Notes: generated by a model from the sequence alone, not told the origin. DNA of 64,000 nt from Ignavibacteriota bacterium (GCA_963776275.1 CAVZMI010000014.1:64001-128000); one strand, 5' to 3'. Positions 40,144-53,390 are shown, counted from the first letter of the stretch. Translations and numbers: made by a program.

Positions 40144-41754
40144 ATGAGAAAATTTACGATATTCATCATTTCAGTGGTCATATGCTTCGGTTCCGGTATC
40201 ATACTGGCGGCGTCCGGAACGGTGAAGGCAAAAGAAAATCATCAGACGATGGTCGGATTCGGCGCATCGATTGCCTGGTACACGGAAACGCTCGCGAATC
40301 ACCCGCAGAAGGCGGCAATCTACGAATTGATCTTCAACGATCTCGGCCTTGATATCCTGCGGCTGAGAAACAACTACGGCAAACCGGGCGGGGTTGAGAC
40401 ATCGGTTTCAACCATCGTCTCCGATATGAACCTTGTCGCGAACGAACGGCCTCTGATTCTTATGTCGTCGTGGTCGCCGACGTGGGACCTGAAGAGCAAC
40501 ATGAGCGTCAACGGCGGAGGCAACGCCACGCTGAAGAAAGAGAACAACCAGTATGTATACGGCAAATTTGCCAAATACTGGGTCGACGCGTTGACAGCGT
40601 ATCGTGACGCCGGGATCGAACCCGACTACATCAGTATGCAGAACGAGCCGTCGTATGACGCACAATGGGAATCGTGCCGGTTCGACCCAAGCGAAGGGAC
40701 GGTTGCGGGCTATGGAAAAGCTCTCGACACTCTCTGTGCGGCTCTTGATGCGGCAGATCTTCATCCGAAGATTCTTGCGCCGGAAATCCACGGGATCGGG
40801 TACGGTACGCCGGCGAATTATATGTCGACGATCCATAGGAATCTCGTCGATGGATACGATTATCATCTCTATCATGGAAACAGCGGAACAAACAATACCG
40901 ACTACGTAACCCCCGACGGTTTCAACGCCAGTCTCGTATCTGCTGCAAGCGTTTTTAACGGTAAACCAATTTGGCAGACCGAATACGACAGGGGCGACTG
41001 GTTCCAGACGGTCTGGGTGATCCACAACTGTCTGGTTAATGGTAATGTCTCAGCATACCTCTGGTGGGAGTTGACCTGGGGTGAAGGGAGCAAACCGCTC
41101 ATCACGCTCACATCGACTAATTACATAATAAACAAGTTTTACTGGGCATTCCGCCAGTACTCGAAATATATCAGTACCGGTTGGAGGAGGGTAACGTCGA
41201 CGACGAGTGACGACAGCCTCCGCATGTCGGCCTTCGTTAGCCCCGGAGGAGACGCCCTGACGCTTGTGATACTGAATATCGGCACGATATCCAGATCGAT
41301 GGATATCGCGATTGAAGATTTTACAGTTTCCGATGTAACGGTCATACGGACTTCCGACACGGAGGAGGGAAATGAAATAATCTCGTCATACAGCGCATCG
41401 TCGCCAATGGAATTCCCTGCGCACTCTATAACGACACTGGCATTCACAGGTAGTCTCATCACATCGATCGAATCGCCGGCATCAGTTCCAACCGACTTTT
41501 TATTATATCAGAATTATCCCAATCCGTTTAATCCGACCACGACGATTTCGTATACTGTTCCTGCTCGATCGATGGTGCGAATCGAGATCTTCAACGCCAT
41601 CGGACAAAAAGTTGCTACGTTGGTCGATCAGATACAACAAGCCGGCACATATACTGTCCGCTTCGATGCTTCGACTCTCGGCTCTGGTGTCTATTTTTAT
41701 AGAATGATAACGCCTAAAATTACAATGACAAAGGAGATGATTCTCGTGAAGTGA
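40144..41754 (+). CDS. GH30 xylanase-like enzyme with T9SS CTD
   Basis: Q.MVGFGAS, SSWSP, SMQNEP, WQTEY, AYLWW, QYSKYI; CTD. Confidence 0.85.
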   Translation: MRKFTIFIISVVICFGSGIILAASGTVKAKENHQTMVGFGASIAWYTETLANHPQKAAIYELIFNDLGLDILRLRNNYGKPGGVETSVSTIVSDMNLVANERPLILMSSWSPTWDLKSNMSVNGGGNATLKKENNQYVYGKFAKYWVDALTAYRDAGIEPDYISMQNEPSYDAQWESCRFDPSEGTVAGYGKALDTLCAALDAADLHPKILAPEIHGIGYGTPANYMSTIHRNLVDGYDYHLYHGNSGTNNTDYVTPDGFNASLVSAASVFNGKPIWQTEYDRGDWFQTVWVIHNCLVNGNVSAYLWWELTWGEGSKPLITLTSTNYIINKFYWAFRQYSKYISTGWRRVTSTTSDDSLRMSAFVSPGGDALTLVILNIGTISRSMDIAIEDFTVSDVTVIRTSDTEEGNEIISSYSASSPMEFPAHSITTLAFTGSLITSIESPASVPTDFLLYQNYPNPFNPTTTISYTVPARSMVRIEIFNAIGQKVATLVDQIQQAGTYTVRFDASTLGSGVYFYRMITPKITMTKEMILVK

Positions 41755-42051
41755 GAAGCAGGCGCACATCGGTCTGCGCATAGGTTCTACGTCTGCACGG
41801 ATTAGACGGCAAAAATGTTCGCAGGTAACAACAAACTGGCATTGACGATGCGACGCTTATGAGATCGCTCAAAATATATCATCAACATAACAGAACGAAC
41901 GAGCCGCAAGCACCCGACGCGTTTCCGGAAATCTGCTTATCCGTTGGAGAAAATCTATTTAAAATCAATGCGTTGTAATTGAAGGGAGGTGAATTATCCT
42001 AAAACGTTGATGGATTGAACATCCTGTAAATTACGATTCATTTCAACTAAT

Positions 42052-43906
42052 ATGAAAAAGGAGAGAGAAATGAAAATATTTGGTTACTTTCTTGTTGTAC
42101 TCGGATGCCTGCTGATGTTCATGTTTGCACCGGGTACGGTATCGGCACAATATCCGGTATTCATTCCCCACGATTCCACGAATCTCGGGATCTATACGAA
42201 ACTCGGCATGATGGGCGCCGCGTGGGGTGACTTCAATAACGATGGCTATCTCGATCTCTTTCAGACCGGAAACGGTGTGCGAAGCCACTTGTATCAGAAT
42301 AACGGCGGTGTAAGCTTTACACGAGTATCGAAAGACTCGACGAATATGCCGGGAATCTTATTCGACTCGGTTGGTACTGCATATAAAGAAGGAGCCGTGT
42401 TCGCCGATTTCGACAACGATGGCAAACTCGATATCGTCTGGGCAAACCTCGGTCTGGCGATGTATAAAAACAACGGCTACTATTTCGATGATGTGACGTC
42501 CACCGCTTTCGGCACTACGGGAATCGCGAAGGGTCAATGCATCTGGGGAATTACTGTCGGCGATTTCGATAACGACGGCTATGTCGATATAGCGCTCGCC
42601 GGCGGCAACCAGGGGCCAAATTCGCTCGCGGGGCCTGTGTACATTCTCCATAACAACAAGGACATGACCTTCACTGACGCCGCAACGGCGCTCATCAACG
42701 GTAGCCTCGGACTGATCGAAGCGTGGAATCCTGCCTGGGTCGATATCAACAACGACGGATTTCTCGATTTGTTCCTCCCCTGCATCCGTACGGCTCCCGA
42801 GTACTGCGAAATGCTTCTCAATGACGGCGGCGGATTCACGCCGATGGATACAAGCACCGTCGGAGGATCGGGATTGAATATCAGATCGGCCATTGCATCG
42901 GCGTGGGGCGATTATAATAACGACGGGTTCCTCGATCTCATTGTGACTCCTTTTGTGAATGATAACGACGGCAGGCTGAAACTCTTCAGGAACAACGGAG
43001 ACAACACCTTCACGAACGTCTCGGTGGAAGCCAATATCGACACCAACTACGACGGTACCTCACGTGCGCTCGTGTGGGGCGATGTCGACAACGACGGCTA
43101 CCTTGATCTCCTCATGGGGAGTAGAACTCTCGGTCAGAGATTGTTTCACAACAACGGTGATGGAACCTTCGCCGACATATCGCATGAGGTCGCTCTGGAT
43201 ACGATCAAGGGACGCGATGAACGTACCGTTTTCCTTATTGATTACAACAGCGACGGCTTCCTCGATTACTATGGTTCCGGTCTTAACAGCTGGAAACGGC
43301 TCCTGACGAATAGCGGGAACGGTAATCACTGGATTGCGTTCCGGCCTGTCGGTGTTACCGATAATAAGGCCGGAATCGGCGCCCGATTTACTCTCGTGGC
43401 AGGCGGCAAACGGCAGACCCGCGTCATCGAAGGTGGATCAATCGGCGGATGCGGCAACGGCAATCTTTGGGCAAACTTCGGCCTCGGTCCGTCGACTACA
43501 ACGGTCGACAGCGTCATCGTCAACTGGCCGACGGGGGCGAGAGACGTTCTCGACAAATCTCACCATTGTCGATAAATATTATATCTTCACACAGGGTGTC
43601 GGTGCGGTCGTAGGAATCAAGGATCAACAAAGTTCAATTCCAGAGCAGTTCGAGTTGAAAGCAAATTACCCGAATCCCTTTAACCCGTCCACGACGATCG
43701 TTTACGCCCTGCCGAAACAGTCGAAGGTCACGGTCGAAGTATTTGACATGCTCGGAAGAAAAGTCGCGACACTCGTTGATGAAACGAAATCGGCTGGCGA
43801 ATATTCGGTCCAGTTCGATGCAACGAAGTATGCATCCGGTGTCTATGTGTACAAGATGTCGACACCGACAATTACGATTGCGAAGAAGATGATGCTGGTG
43901 AAGTAA
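42052..43906 (+). CDS. FG-GAP/ASPIC-UnbV (CRTAC1-like) protein with T9SS CTD; frameshift near 43550
   Basis: Seven D.N/D.DG..D repeats, NHWIAF, FGLG...VDSVIVNWP; the CTD lies in ORF 43334-43906. Confidence 0.82.
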
Positions 43907-43931
43907 ACGCTGTACGGCATTACCCTCAGAG

Positions 43932-43965
43932 AAGGGGGACTTGGCGGAAGCTGAGCCCCCCTTTT
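43932..43965 (+). terminator. Rho-independent terminator
   Basis: aagggggacttggc / gctgagcccccctttt hairpin after the stop. Confidence 0.75.
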
Positions 43966-44074
43966 AAGTTGTGAGTTATAAGTTGTGAATGAAGAATGTT
44001 ATTAGAACTATCATCGCCCGCTCTTTTATCCACTCATTCGTCCGCTCTTCAGTCTGCCCTGATTGCCATTTAAA

Positions 44075-44108
44075 TAAAAAGCCCCCTCGCCGCGATGGGC
44101 AAGAGGGC
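44075..44108 (-). terminator. Rho-independent terminator of the minus-strand operon
   Basis: taaaaagccccctcgcc / ggcaagagggct hairpin with an A-tract on the plus strand. Confidence 0.7.
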
Positions 44109-44131
44109 TGGTGAAGTGCACTTCTTTCTTT

Positions 44132-45151
44132 TTAGAAACCTAATCGTACGCTGAACATGTGAACCGCGTTGAGGGCGCCGAAATCGATATACGCATAATC
44201 GAAATTCATTATGGTTCCTGCGATGACATAATGAAGTCCTGCTCCGTAGTTCAATCCCTGCTCCGTATCTTTGGCTGCAAGACCTTTGTATCCGGCCCGC
44301 AGCGAAATCATATCGTTGAACGTATATTCGGCGCCGACGTTGAGCGACTCAACGTCGTCGCTTGGGTGAAGTGCGTCAGCCGAAACGATCAGATTGCTGT
44401 TCAGCGCCCCCTTGAGAACGTCCATGGATACCCCGACGCGGAACAGAAGCGGCAGATCGAAATTATCGGTTTGCAGTCGTGCGTTGATGTTGGCATTGTT
44501 TCCATTCGCTCCCGGGTCGATATCGTGCTGGATCTGCAGGTCGCGGCCATCCAGCTGCATTTTCGAGCCGTAGTTCGAGATGCTCATACCAAGCATGACG
44601 CCGTGGAACCGTGTGTCGAAGAGTGCGCCTACGTCAAGGGCGAATCCGCCGGCACTGGTGTTATAAAGCCTTTCATTGATATATTTCACGTTGATACCGA
44701 TCGAGAACTGATCGGTAAGATTTCGCGCATATGTCAATCCAAAGGCATAACTTGCAGCATCGAACAACTCGCCCGTTCCTTCCGGCTGGGCAATCGTGGT
44801 TCGTTCCATCTCGCCCATTGTGAGAAACGTAGCGTTGACGCCGATGTTTCCGAAGTTGCTCAGTGGAAAAACGATTCCCGCATAGTTGAACGAGAGATCG
44901 GCAATCCATTTGGCGCTGGAAAACATAGCGTCAACATTGTTGAGTTTGGCAATTCCGGCCGGATTCCAGTACATGGCCGATGCGTCGTTCACAACCGAAA
45001 CACTGGCGCTTCCCATTGCGTTTGCCCGCGGACCGACGTCGATCCCCAGAAAGCTCGCAGCGGTCGTCCCGACTTTCGTCACTCCCTGGGCCTGAATATT
45101 CGGATTGCACACCAGCACCAATCCGAGAATGATTAAAATATACTTTTTCAT
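44132..45151 (-). CDS. PorV/PorQ-family (UPF0164) outer-membrane beta-barrel protein
   Basis: GTTAASFL.I.VGPRA.AMG, A.YWNPAG, LRAGY, DYAY, terminal Phe. Confidence 0.85.
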   Translation of the reverse strand: MKKYILIILGLVLVCNPNIQAQGVTKVGTTAASFLGIDVGPRANAMGSASVSVVNDASAMYWNPAGIAKLNNVDAMFSSAKWIADLSFNYAGIVFPLSNFGNIGVNATFLTMGEMERTTIAQPEGTGELFDAASYAFGLTYARNLTDQFSIGINVKYINERLYNTSAGGFALDVGALFDTRFHGVMLGMSISNYGSKMQLDGRDLQIQHDIDPGANGNNANINARLQTDNFDLPLLFRVGVSMDVLKGALNSNLIVSADALHPSDDVESLNVGAEYTFNDMISLRAGYKGLAAKDTEQGLNYGAGLHYVIAGTIMNFDYAYIDFGALNAVHMFSVRLGF

Positions 45152-45166
45152 TGTATGTCTTCTCCG

Positions 45167-48100
45167 CTATTTAAGGACTACGAATTTTCCGGTTTTTTCG
45201 CCGATACCGTCGGCTTTGATATGGTAAATGTAAATACCGTACGAAATTTCCAGGTTATCCTTCGAGAGCATATTCCACACCTCCGTCCCATCGATCAGCG
45301 GGGCGTCGTGTTCGAAGAGCCTTCACCAGTTGACCCCGGACATTGAAGATTTTGATCGTACATTTTTGAGGCAGGTGCGTGAAATGGAGAACCCGGTCTC
45401 CACGTCCGTTCGAATAGGGATTCCGCGGTTCCCACGAGTTCGTCACGATGTATGGGTTCGGAACCACCTTGATCATATCGAGCTCGGTCTTTGCCTTTTC
45501 CATATTGACGCCCTGTGCCACTGTGGTGAATTCATAGAGATCGTTGGTGAGAAACGGGTGCGTTAAGTTCAGAGTGAGAATGTCGCCCGATACCGGCAAT
45601 GTCGAGTCTGCCTGAGTTGACGAACTGATGGTGTACCTCACCCACCAGCTAGCAACCGTATCGCCCGGATTCAGGAATATAATTTCATCCGACAGACGTT
45701 TCTTCAAATTGAATGAAAACACCCCACTGCCGCCGTTGGCTGAATCGACTTCCCTGAATGCGAAATCAACTTTCTGGTTTGTCAGTGTGTTGAGAACCGT
45801 AAAGTTGACCCGTTTCGCGGGAATCACCTGCGAGCCTCTTTTGTATACTTTTGATGTGTCGATACCGACTTCCCCGATCACGACCGCATAGTTACCCGCT
45901 GGGAGGATCTCCACTCGTTGTTGGAGATAGGAATAGGGTCGGAAATCATATGTAGGGATACCCGTTTTACTCCACCCGGAGGTGGCAGCGTCGATGCCGA
46001 GTATTCCCGGATTTCCGCTGAATGAGAGTGTGAATCCCTCGACAACCGACACTCCTTCGCTGCCGTATCCCGTGAGCGGGCAGTTTTTCAACAGTGTATC
46101 GCCTGCGGTCATATTTATCAGGTTGAAACCCCCCGTCGCTTTCATCACGCTGGAACCGACCGTGGTATCGCGCGCCACAAAGGAAATCTGATATGTATTG
46201 TTCTCTTTCACCTGGGTATTATCGATGATGTTGTAGCCTATCGTTCCGCTTGCCGTATTTTGTGAACCGGCCATGAATTTCCCGTCCTTGAAACCGGCTT
46301 CAACATATCCGGCTGCTGGCGCTTCAGGCCGCACTACGACGACGTTTTTCCCTTTTTCTATCTCGCCCGAAGTCTGAACCGCAACGAACTTCGTGCATTC
46401 CGACGGGTCGATCCCCAACGAGTCGTCACCATGGTCGAATGAAGTTACGGCGTAGAAGTACGTTGTACCGTTCACCGCGGTAGTGTCGACCCAGTAATGA
46501 CGCAACCCGGTATTATTCCCGAGCCAGAAGTGTATTCCGGCGTTTTGTGCCTGGATGGGTGCAAACCCCGAGTATTCATTATCGAGGTCGAATTGCGCGA
46601 TCGGTTCTCTGGCGATGACGCTTCCATACCCGTCGGTAATCGGTGTGGCATCGTTGAATCCGGGATCCGTTGAACGGTAGATTTTGTATCCTTCGAAGTC
46701 TTTGCCGCTGATTGGATCCTCCGACGATTCGGCAAAATTATCCCAGAAGAGTGTTACTTTATGATCGCCGGCGATAGCTCTAAGCGTCGGGATGAGCGGA
46801 GCCTGGGCGAAGTTGTAGTTCTGGTTGTATGCCATAGCAAAATAGTTCTTGTTCCGGACGAGCGCGTCGAGGTTGATGCCGCAGACAATCGCCATCGAGA
46901 ACCGCTCGGTCTGACCAGGGACGATTGGAAAATATCCCGATCCAAACAGGAGCTCGACGTTCGCCGTCACGAAAGTGTAGGTGAACGATCCCGGAGCCAG
47001 ACCGTTCCACATCATTTCTGGATCGTACTGGAAGACCGTTCCCCAGTCGTAAAGGTAGAAGCTTGTGAGCCCGAGCATATCGCTTTCATCGATATCTGTC
47101 TTGTCGATATGCGGTTCACCCGGAAGGTCCGTTCCCCGTCCGGATGTCGGTAAACCGTCACCTTCGCCGGCATCGCCGGTGTTCGCCAGCCCATCCATAC
47201 CAACGTCGTCTGTCAGAACATTCCAGTCGCCATCGTTATCGATGCCGTCGTCGCGGCGTTCGTCGATCAGGGGATTGGTCTTTCCGTTTGTTGCCGGATT
47301 GGGATCGAGATAGTTGATATATTTATATCCTGTTCCGTCGTCGGCAATATAAAGGTAATGGAAAACGCCGTTCTGGTCGGCACGTCCTCTGTTCTCGTCG
47401 ATAAGTCCGTTGAGGTTATCATCGAACAGGTTATCGCCGATTTCCCTGAGCGTGTCACCGGCGTAATACTTATAGATTCTACCTCCGAATGGAATGAACA
47501 GCGTGTCGAGAGAGGTTTTACCGAGTTTCACCAGTGTGTCGGCAAGGGTTGTAACAACACGATCAAACGTTTTATAATTGATAAGAACGATCTGATCGTT
47601 CGGATTGAGAGCTCTCGATCGAAACATCGATTCTGACATCGTCGGGCCAGGACCGTTCTTTCCGTCGTTATCGTTGTCGATACCGTCGTAAGGATTTCCC
47701 GGACTCTCGAGGAAGGCGCCTCCCATATATCCGACAGGCCTCCAGTTACCGGCTCCGAGATCGTCGGCATCCCACATGTAAGCAATATCGAGGTTCCTGT
47801 CGTATGCAGCCTTGTCATCGCCGGCATCAGGCCCCGTGTTCGATTCACCCATATTGTTTCCTACTTTGAAACCGAAGACATTTTTGTCGAGAAGGTGGGT
47901 TCCGATATTCTGCAGGTCATAGAGGCAGAAGATCCCATCTTTAACCGACGCTTTCGACCATTGAAGTCCGCGAACGTACATCCGCAGGCCGAGGCCCCTT
48001 CGTTTGTGATTCATACTGTCGGGGAAAAATAATGCCATTTTATTGTTGTAGTCGTCGGCAACGAAATAGCTTTCTTCGTCTGCGTTGAATTTATTCTTTC

Positions 48101-48659
48101 CGAAGTATCCGTTCCATGCCGCCTTCAAGGAGTTTCCATCCGCGGCATCATTTCTCCAGCCTGGATCGGTTGCATCGTCCATTTTATCCGGCCAGAATGC
48201 GGGCCATGAGTTCGGCCACTCGGATCTTCCTTTCGACATTGCGATCCTGTTATTGTCCGGATCGGCAAATCCTGGGAGCGGCAGGAATGTCCACCATTCG
48301 TTCGTCACGGGATCGCGCGGTCCGTGCGTTTGCGAGATGTTCATACTCTTGTTCTCACTGAGAAGATGAACGGTGTTTCTGGTCGTATCGATGACTTCAG
48401 CGACCACCATCGGATTTCCGTCAACCAGGTAATAGTGCCCGCTGTTGATCGGCCATTCGCCTGCTACTTCAAGAGGATTTGTTTTGTTGCTGACTCTCCC
48501 TCCGAATGTTCCGTCATTGAACAGGCTCACACGAAAGTCGTTTCCTGAATGAACTCCGATGCGGGTTTCCGAATCCATCCCGTGCAGCGTACTCATCTGT
48601 GCCTGCATAACGGAGGTGGAGAGTATCACCACGACTATGAAAAATAAGATTCTTTTCAT
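45167..48659 (-). CDS. Large secreted hypothetical protein with Ca-binding DxDxDG loops, FN3-like domain and 'IKVVPNPY' CTD; frameshift near 45315
   Basis: Signal peptide, DGIDNDNDG / DGIDNDGDW, FEGYKIYRS, YFYAVTSFD; the corrected tail reads EHDAPLIDGTEVWNMLSKDNLEISYGIYIYHI...KFVVLK, stop at 45167. Confidence 0.8.
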
Positions 48660-48675
48660 TCTTTTATCTCCTCGA

Positions 48676-51600
48676 CTAGAAACCTAAGATGACGCCGACT
48701 TCGACCCGGCGGGGCGCCGTGTACCAGCTCGGCTGATTCACGTAATCCTGAACTGTGCTTACCCTGTTGCTGGTATACGGTATCTTTCCCGGATTGATAT
48801 TCGTCGTGTATTCCGGACTTCCCGTATCGCCGTATACCACAGTGGCATCCCGCTGATCGAGCAGGTTGTAGACGTTCACGAAAAATTCAAGGCTGAGCCG
48901 TGATGCGAGCTTGAACGTCCTGTTGATCGTCAGATCAATACTTTTCTGATCAGGACGACGTGCGCTGTTCTGTACCAGACCCGAGACGGCGCCGGCTCCC
49001 ACCGACTCCGCAACCGGGAAGGCGGGTGTGTACGGGCGTCCGCTCCAGTACCTGCCGATGAGCGAAACCGTCCACTGGGACATGTTTAAGATGAATTGCA
49101 CGTTGAGCGTGTGCGTTTGATCCCAGCTCATCGGAATAAGACTCAATACCGGCGCCTGATTTGAAAGCTGGGCGTTGAACGCGTCCTGGGGATTCGAATA
49201 GGTACCTTCGGCTTTCTGGAACGTGTAATCGGCACGGAACGAATAATTGTCGGTGAAACGCTTTTCGATCTTTAACGTAATGCCGCGGACATTCTCGTAA
49301 TCCTTATTCTCGAAGATCGAATACGCAACGCCGGTTTTTAACGTCATGATTAGCGGGCTTGTTCCTACCCAGTCACGCACATCGCGGTAGAATATCGTCA
49401 GGTCGACGCCGATGTCGTCGCTCAGCTGTTGCTGCAATCCGAGTTCGTACATGACCGTCTTCTGCAGTTTGAGATTGGCATTTCCGAATAACGCATCTCC
49501 GGATCCGCTTGACACCTTGAAATCCGGATTGGAGTACAGATACTGAAACTCTGGCGTTTGGCAGAAGTGTCCGTAGGAGAAATGGATCACACCGCGGTCG
49601 GTGATCGGAAATGCGATTCCGAGGCGCGGGCTGAGCGACATTTTTGCATTAACTTTCTTCTGCATGAACGCCCGGCGCTCATCCGGCGTGTATTCATGAA
49701 TTGCACCGGAGGCGAGCTGCTCGGCGATATATTTGTCGATCGTGCCGGCATAGTTCGCGGGCATATCGACCCAGTTTGCGTAGATGTTCTTGTATTTGAA
49801 CGGACTGTAAATATTTGGATCTTCCGGATCGGCGGGTATTACCGAGTTTGGGTCGAAATAATCATAGCGCAGACCGATGTTCAGAATAATGTCGTTGAAT
49901 TCGGTTTTGTCCTGAACATAGGCCGATATTTCCCGGGGCTTCCGATCGTAATCGTTCCGATAGAGGCTTCCGACGGCCGGTATTGCCGGCATGAACGGCG
50001 TAATCGGCTGACCGGATTCATCAGTTTTCGCTACAATTTGGTATCCGTGAAGCGTGATCTCGTGGAGTCGTACTTCGGCCCCGACTTTCAGCTGATGCAT
50101 CTTGCTCACCTGGCTCGTCAAATCGACTTTTCCGACCCAATACGCTGTGCTACGCGTTGTATTCGTGACGTCCATTCCCTTGTTCAGGAAACTATAGGAG
50201 GCCGGTGCGTTGATCGACTCCCGATTGATATATCCGACCGGACCCGCTTGGATCGGGAATGTATTCATATCGTCCGCCCAGTCCGGTGATTGAATCGAGC
50301 CGCGCCTTACCCTGGCTGGTGTATGGATCGAATACCGCGGGAAATATCCCTTTGGTTGAGTCTGCAATAATACTCACAAGATAGGTGTTCGCAGTGTTCG
50401 GATCGTCCCAGACATATTGCTTCGATTCTGAGTAGAAACGACTTATGTGAACTTCATAGAATGTCGATTGTGAGAGGATCTGGTTCAATGTAAACATCAG
50501 TGTCAATCCAGTGGAATGGTACTGTGGCAGTCCATAGGGATCGTATTTGTAGTCGTGGGTGTTGAACTGATTGTAACCGCCCACTCCGGACACGTTGAAC
50601 TGGTAATCAGCAGTGTTGTACCGGAAATAGTTTCTGTCCCTGTCGTTCTTGTTCCAGAAAATGCTAAAATTTGTCTTCAACGACGAGATAGGCTGAAAGT
50701 TCAATTTTCCCTGTAAGGAGATCGCTTTATTCGGATTCATCGCCACCAGAGAGCTATCGCCCGGTGTTCCGTTAGGTCTAAACCAGTTCCTTCCGTAGAA
50801 ATACCCCTTATCATAAATGTATCGACCGTTAGCGAAGAAAGTCAAGTTGTCGCCCGTAAAGGGAACCGGTCCGCTCAAACTGAATTCTCCGTTGTAAATC
50901 GGAAATTCCCCGTTGTAAATTGGATTAAAATTTTTCAGCGGATGATCGCGGGTGCTTGAGACTATTCGTGTAAGTCCTTTAACCGTGGAATCGCTGACGG
51001 TCTGAAGAGACTGGTAGAGTCCAAATCGATCATCGTTGCTGAGATAATCGCCGCCGTAAATTTTGAGCTGACCCGTATAATTGCTTCCACCTTCCTTCGT
51101 GATGATATTCACGATACCCGACATCGCCTGGCCGTATTCGGCATTGAACGTGCCGCTCACGACCTGAACTTCCTGAATGGCGGAGTTTTCGACAGTCGTC
51201 CCCATCCGTCCGTCATAAACGTCGGTTGAGGATATGCCATCAACCCAGTAGGCGATTTCACCGGGTCTGCCGCCGCGCATATGCAGCCGCCCGTCGGACT
51301 CGATGATGCCGGCATTCAATCTAAGGACCTGTTGTAAATTCTGAACCGGCAGACTCTCAATCTGGTCGGCTGTAGTCGTCGAAAGGGATCCAGTCATATC
51401 TTTCACGATAAGTTTTCTTTCAGCTGTCACGATGACGGCTTCAAGTTCCACAGCCATTGGATGTAATTCGGTTAATAGTCGTGTCGTTAAGTCGATGTTC
51501 ACCCGGACGTTCTCGTATTGCACCTGCCGGTATCCGATCATTGTTACCGTAACTGTATAAGTTCCAGGTGGGATGTTCAGGATCATAAAATTCCCATCGA

Positions 51601-51781
51601 CATCGCTCGATGTGCCCATCCTGGTACCTTTCAGGAGGACATTCGCAGCAATCAGGGGTTCCCCGGTAGAAGCATCGGTGATTCTTCCCGATATCTTTCC
51701 GGTCGTGCCCGCAAACAACGCCGTTGCACCCGCCGCAAGCATCAGCAGTGCAAAGAGAAGGATCGAAGTTTTCACATTCAT
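48676..51781 (-). CDS. TonB-dependent receptor; frameshift near 50243
   Basis: GTTGKISG.ITD, plug RGGRPGE..Y.VDG, SGTFNAEYGQAMSG, SPRLGIAFPI, GNANL, terminal Phe. Confidence 0.88.
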
Positions 51782-51839
51782 AGCAGTTACCTTAATTTTG
51801 TCTGAGTGATTCTATTATTATAGTGCAGTTATGACACGC

Positions 51840-53316
51840 TTACAGATTTAGAAGCTTTCGTAACAATGCGTCGAGCTTCTGTGTGGAGATAAACAAAGGG
51901 AATTCCGGAACAACTACCGGGTATGGCACACCCTGCCTGTAGGCGAATAAATCGATATTTGTCAATGTTATTTTCGCCAGAACAGCCCGGTTTATAACAA
52001 TTCTATTGCTGTATTTCATTTGCAGGTTTTGAAGATACGAGGTCCAGAATTGACGTACTCCTTCCCTGTCGTCGGCATTGATTTTCCCGTCTTTCAGGGT
52101 GGATTCGATAATACGCTTTTGCTCGTCCTGCGCGAGTAATGCATCCTTCCACATTTCGACCGTCCGGAGGAACGTCGTCCGATGCATCAAGCGATCTTTC
52201 ATAGGATTCCAGAGTCAGATAATGATCGCGTACCATGTCGACGACAGCGAGCTTGAATTCCCGTTTGAAGTTCATGCTGTCCAAAGCAGTCGTCCGGAAT
52301 ACCAGCGGATGCGAAAGAATCTCCTTCCGAAAATCCCCGACACTCCAGGTCTTCTTGTCGATGGTGAAAAATGGAGCCCCGAGGTCGATTTCCTCCGCCG
52401 GAATCGGGAGTTCCCTCATCGTAATATGCAGAGAATCGCTTTGCTTTATCCGCACATAGTGTGTGAAGGCGAAGTCGGAGAGGGCGTTGAATGTCGCTTT
52501 ATTGAATTCGATTTTTTTCCCTTTCATCAGATCGGCCTGATATGATGCCCATAATTTCCGGGCTTTCGACTGACGAAGAAAATCCCTGACCTCGGCCCAT
52601 CTCATACGCTGATCGTCACCGCTTACGATCGGATAGTCCACACGGTTCACCACCCGCATCACAATGTATCCGCCTGTCCTAAGTCTCAGCGGGCCTATAA
52701 CCGCTCCGGTATCGAGAGGTGCGCTGAACAACGATTCATGAATCGCATCATCATCGGGATCTTTGAATCGCACCTTTCGGATCGGTTTTTTTCCCGCCGC
52801 CGTCTCAAGTTCTCTGAAAACTTCATCGGATAATTCGGGCGCATTCTCAAAGATTTCCGTAATTCGCCGGGCGAGATCCTGATCGCTCAACATATAGAAT
52901 TCCACCTCGTACTCCCTTTGTGATAGCGTGTAGGCTTTTTTCACTTCGGAGGTATCGAGCCGGACGTTCTGCATACCTACTTCATCCTGAAGTTTATCGC
53001 GCATCGACTGTTCTTTGATGCCTTTGAGCGCGGCTTGAAATAGGGGATTGTTAGGCAACGAGCTTGTTTGCCGGGCTTCGAGTGAAAGAATTTTTTCCGA
53101 GATCAGATTGTCGAGCGCGGCATTTTTATCCTTAAAGTTGTCGGGGCGGATTGTCAGTTCGGTTCGCAGCTTGAATTCTCTCACCGACAGCACCTTGTCG
53201 GCGATGCGGGCAAGGATTGTGCTGTCCGACTGGCTCAGGGCGTCAGTTGCGCAAAAAAGGAACGCCTGGCCGATCCAGAGGAACACACGGAATTTGCCGG
53301 TACGGGTAAAAGTCAT
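51840..53316 (-). CDS. SurA/PpiC-like peptidyl-prolyl isomerase/chaperone-like periplasmic protein; frameshift near 52170 (alternative GTG start at 53331)
   Basis: Signal peptide, ILARIADK.LSVREF, LDNLISEKIL, G.VIGPL....GYIVMRV; ORFs 52003-53331 and 51840-52202 join. Confidence 0.6.
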
Positions 53317-53390
53317 ACCTATTCTCTTCACTCCGGTCTTTCGCTTTATGCGAATAAAAAATTGCCTTTTGGGGATTAACTGTAGTTACC

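Noticed and set aside
44159-45136. 325-aa plus-strand ORF
   Set aside because: Antisense shadow of the PorV-like gene; no RBS or recognisable motifs
49558-50289. 243-aa plus-strand ORF and the many other short overlapping ORFs
   Set aside because: They lie antisense or out of frame within well-supported genes and have no motifs
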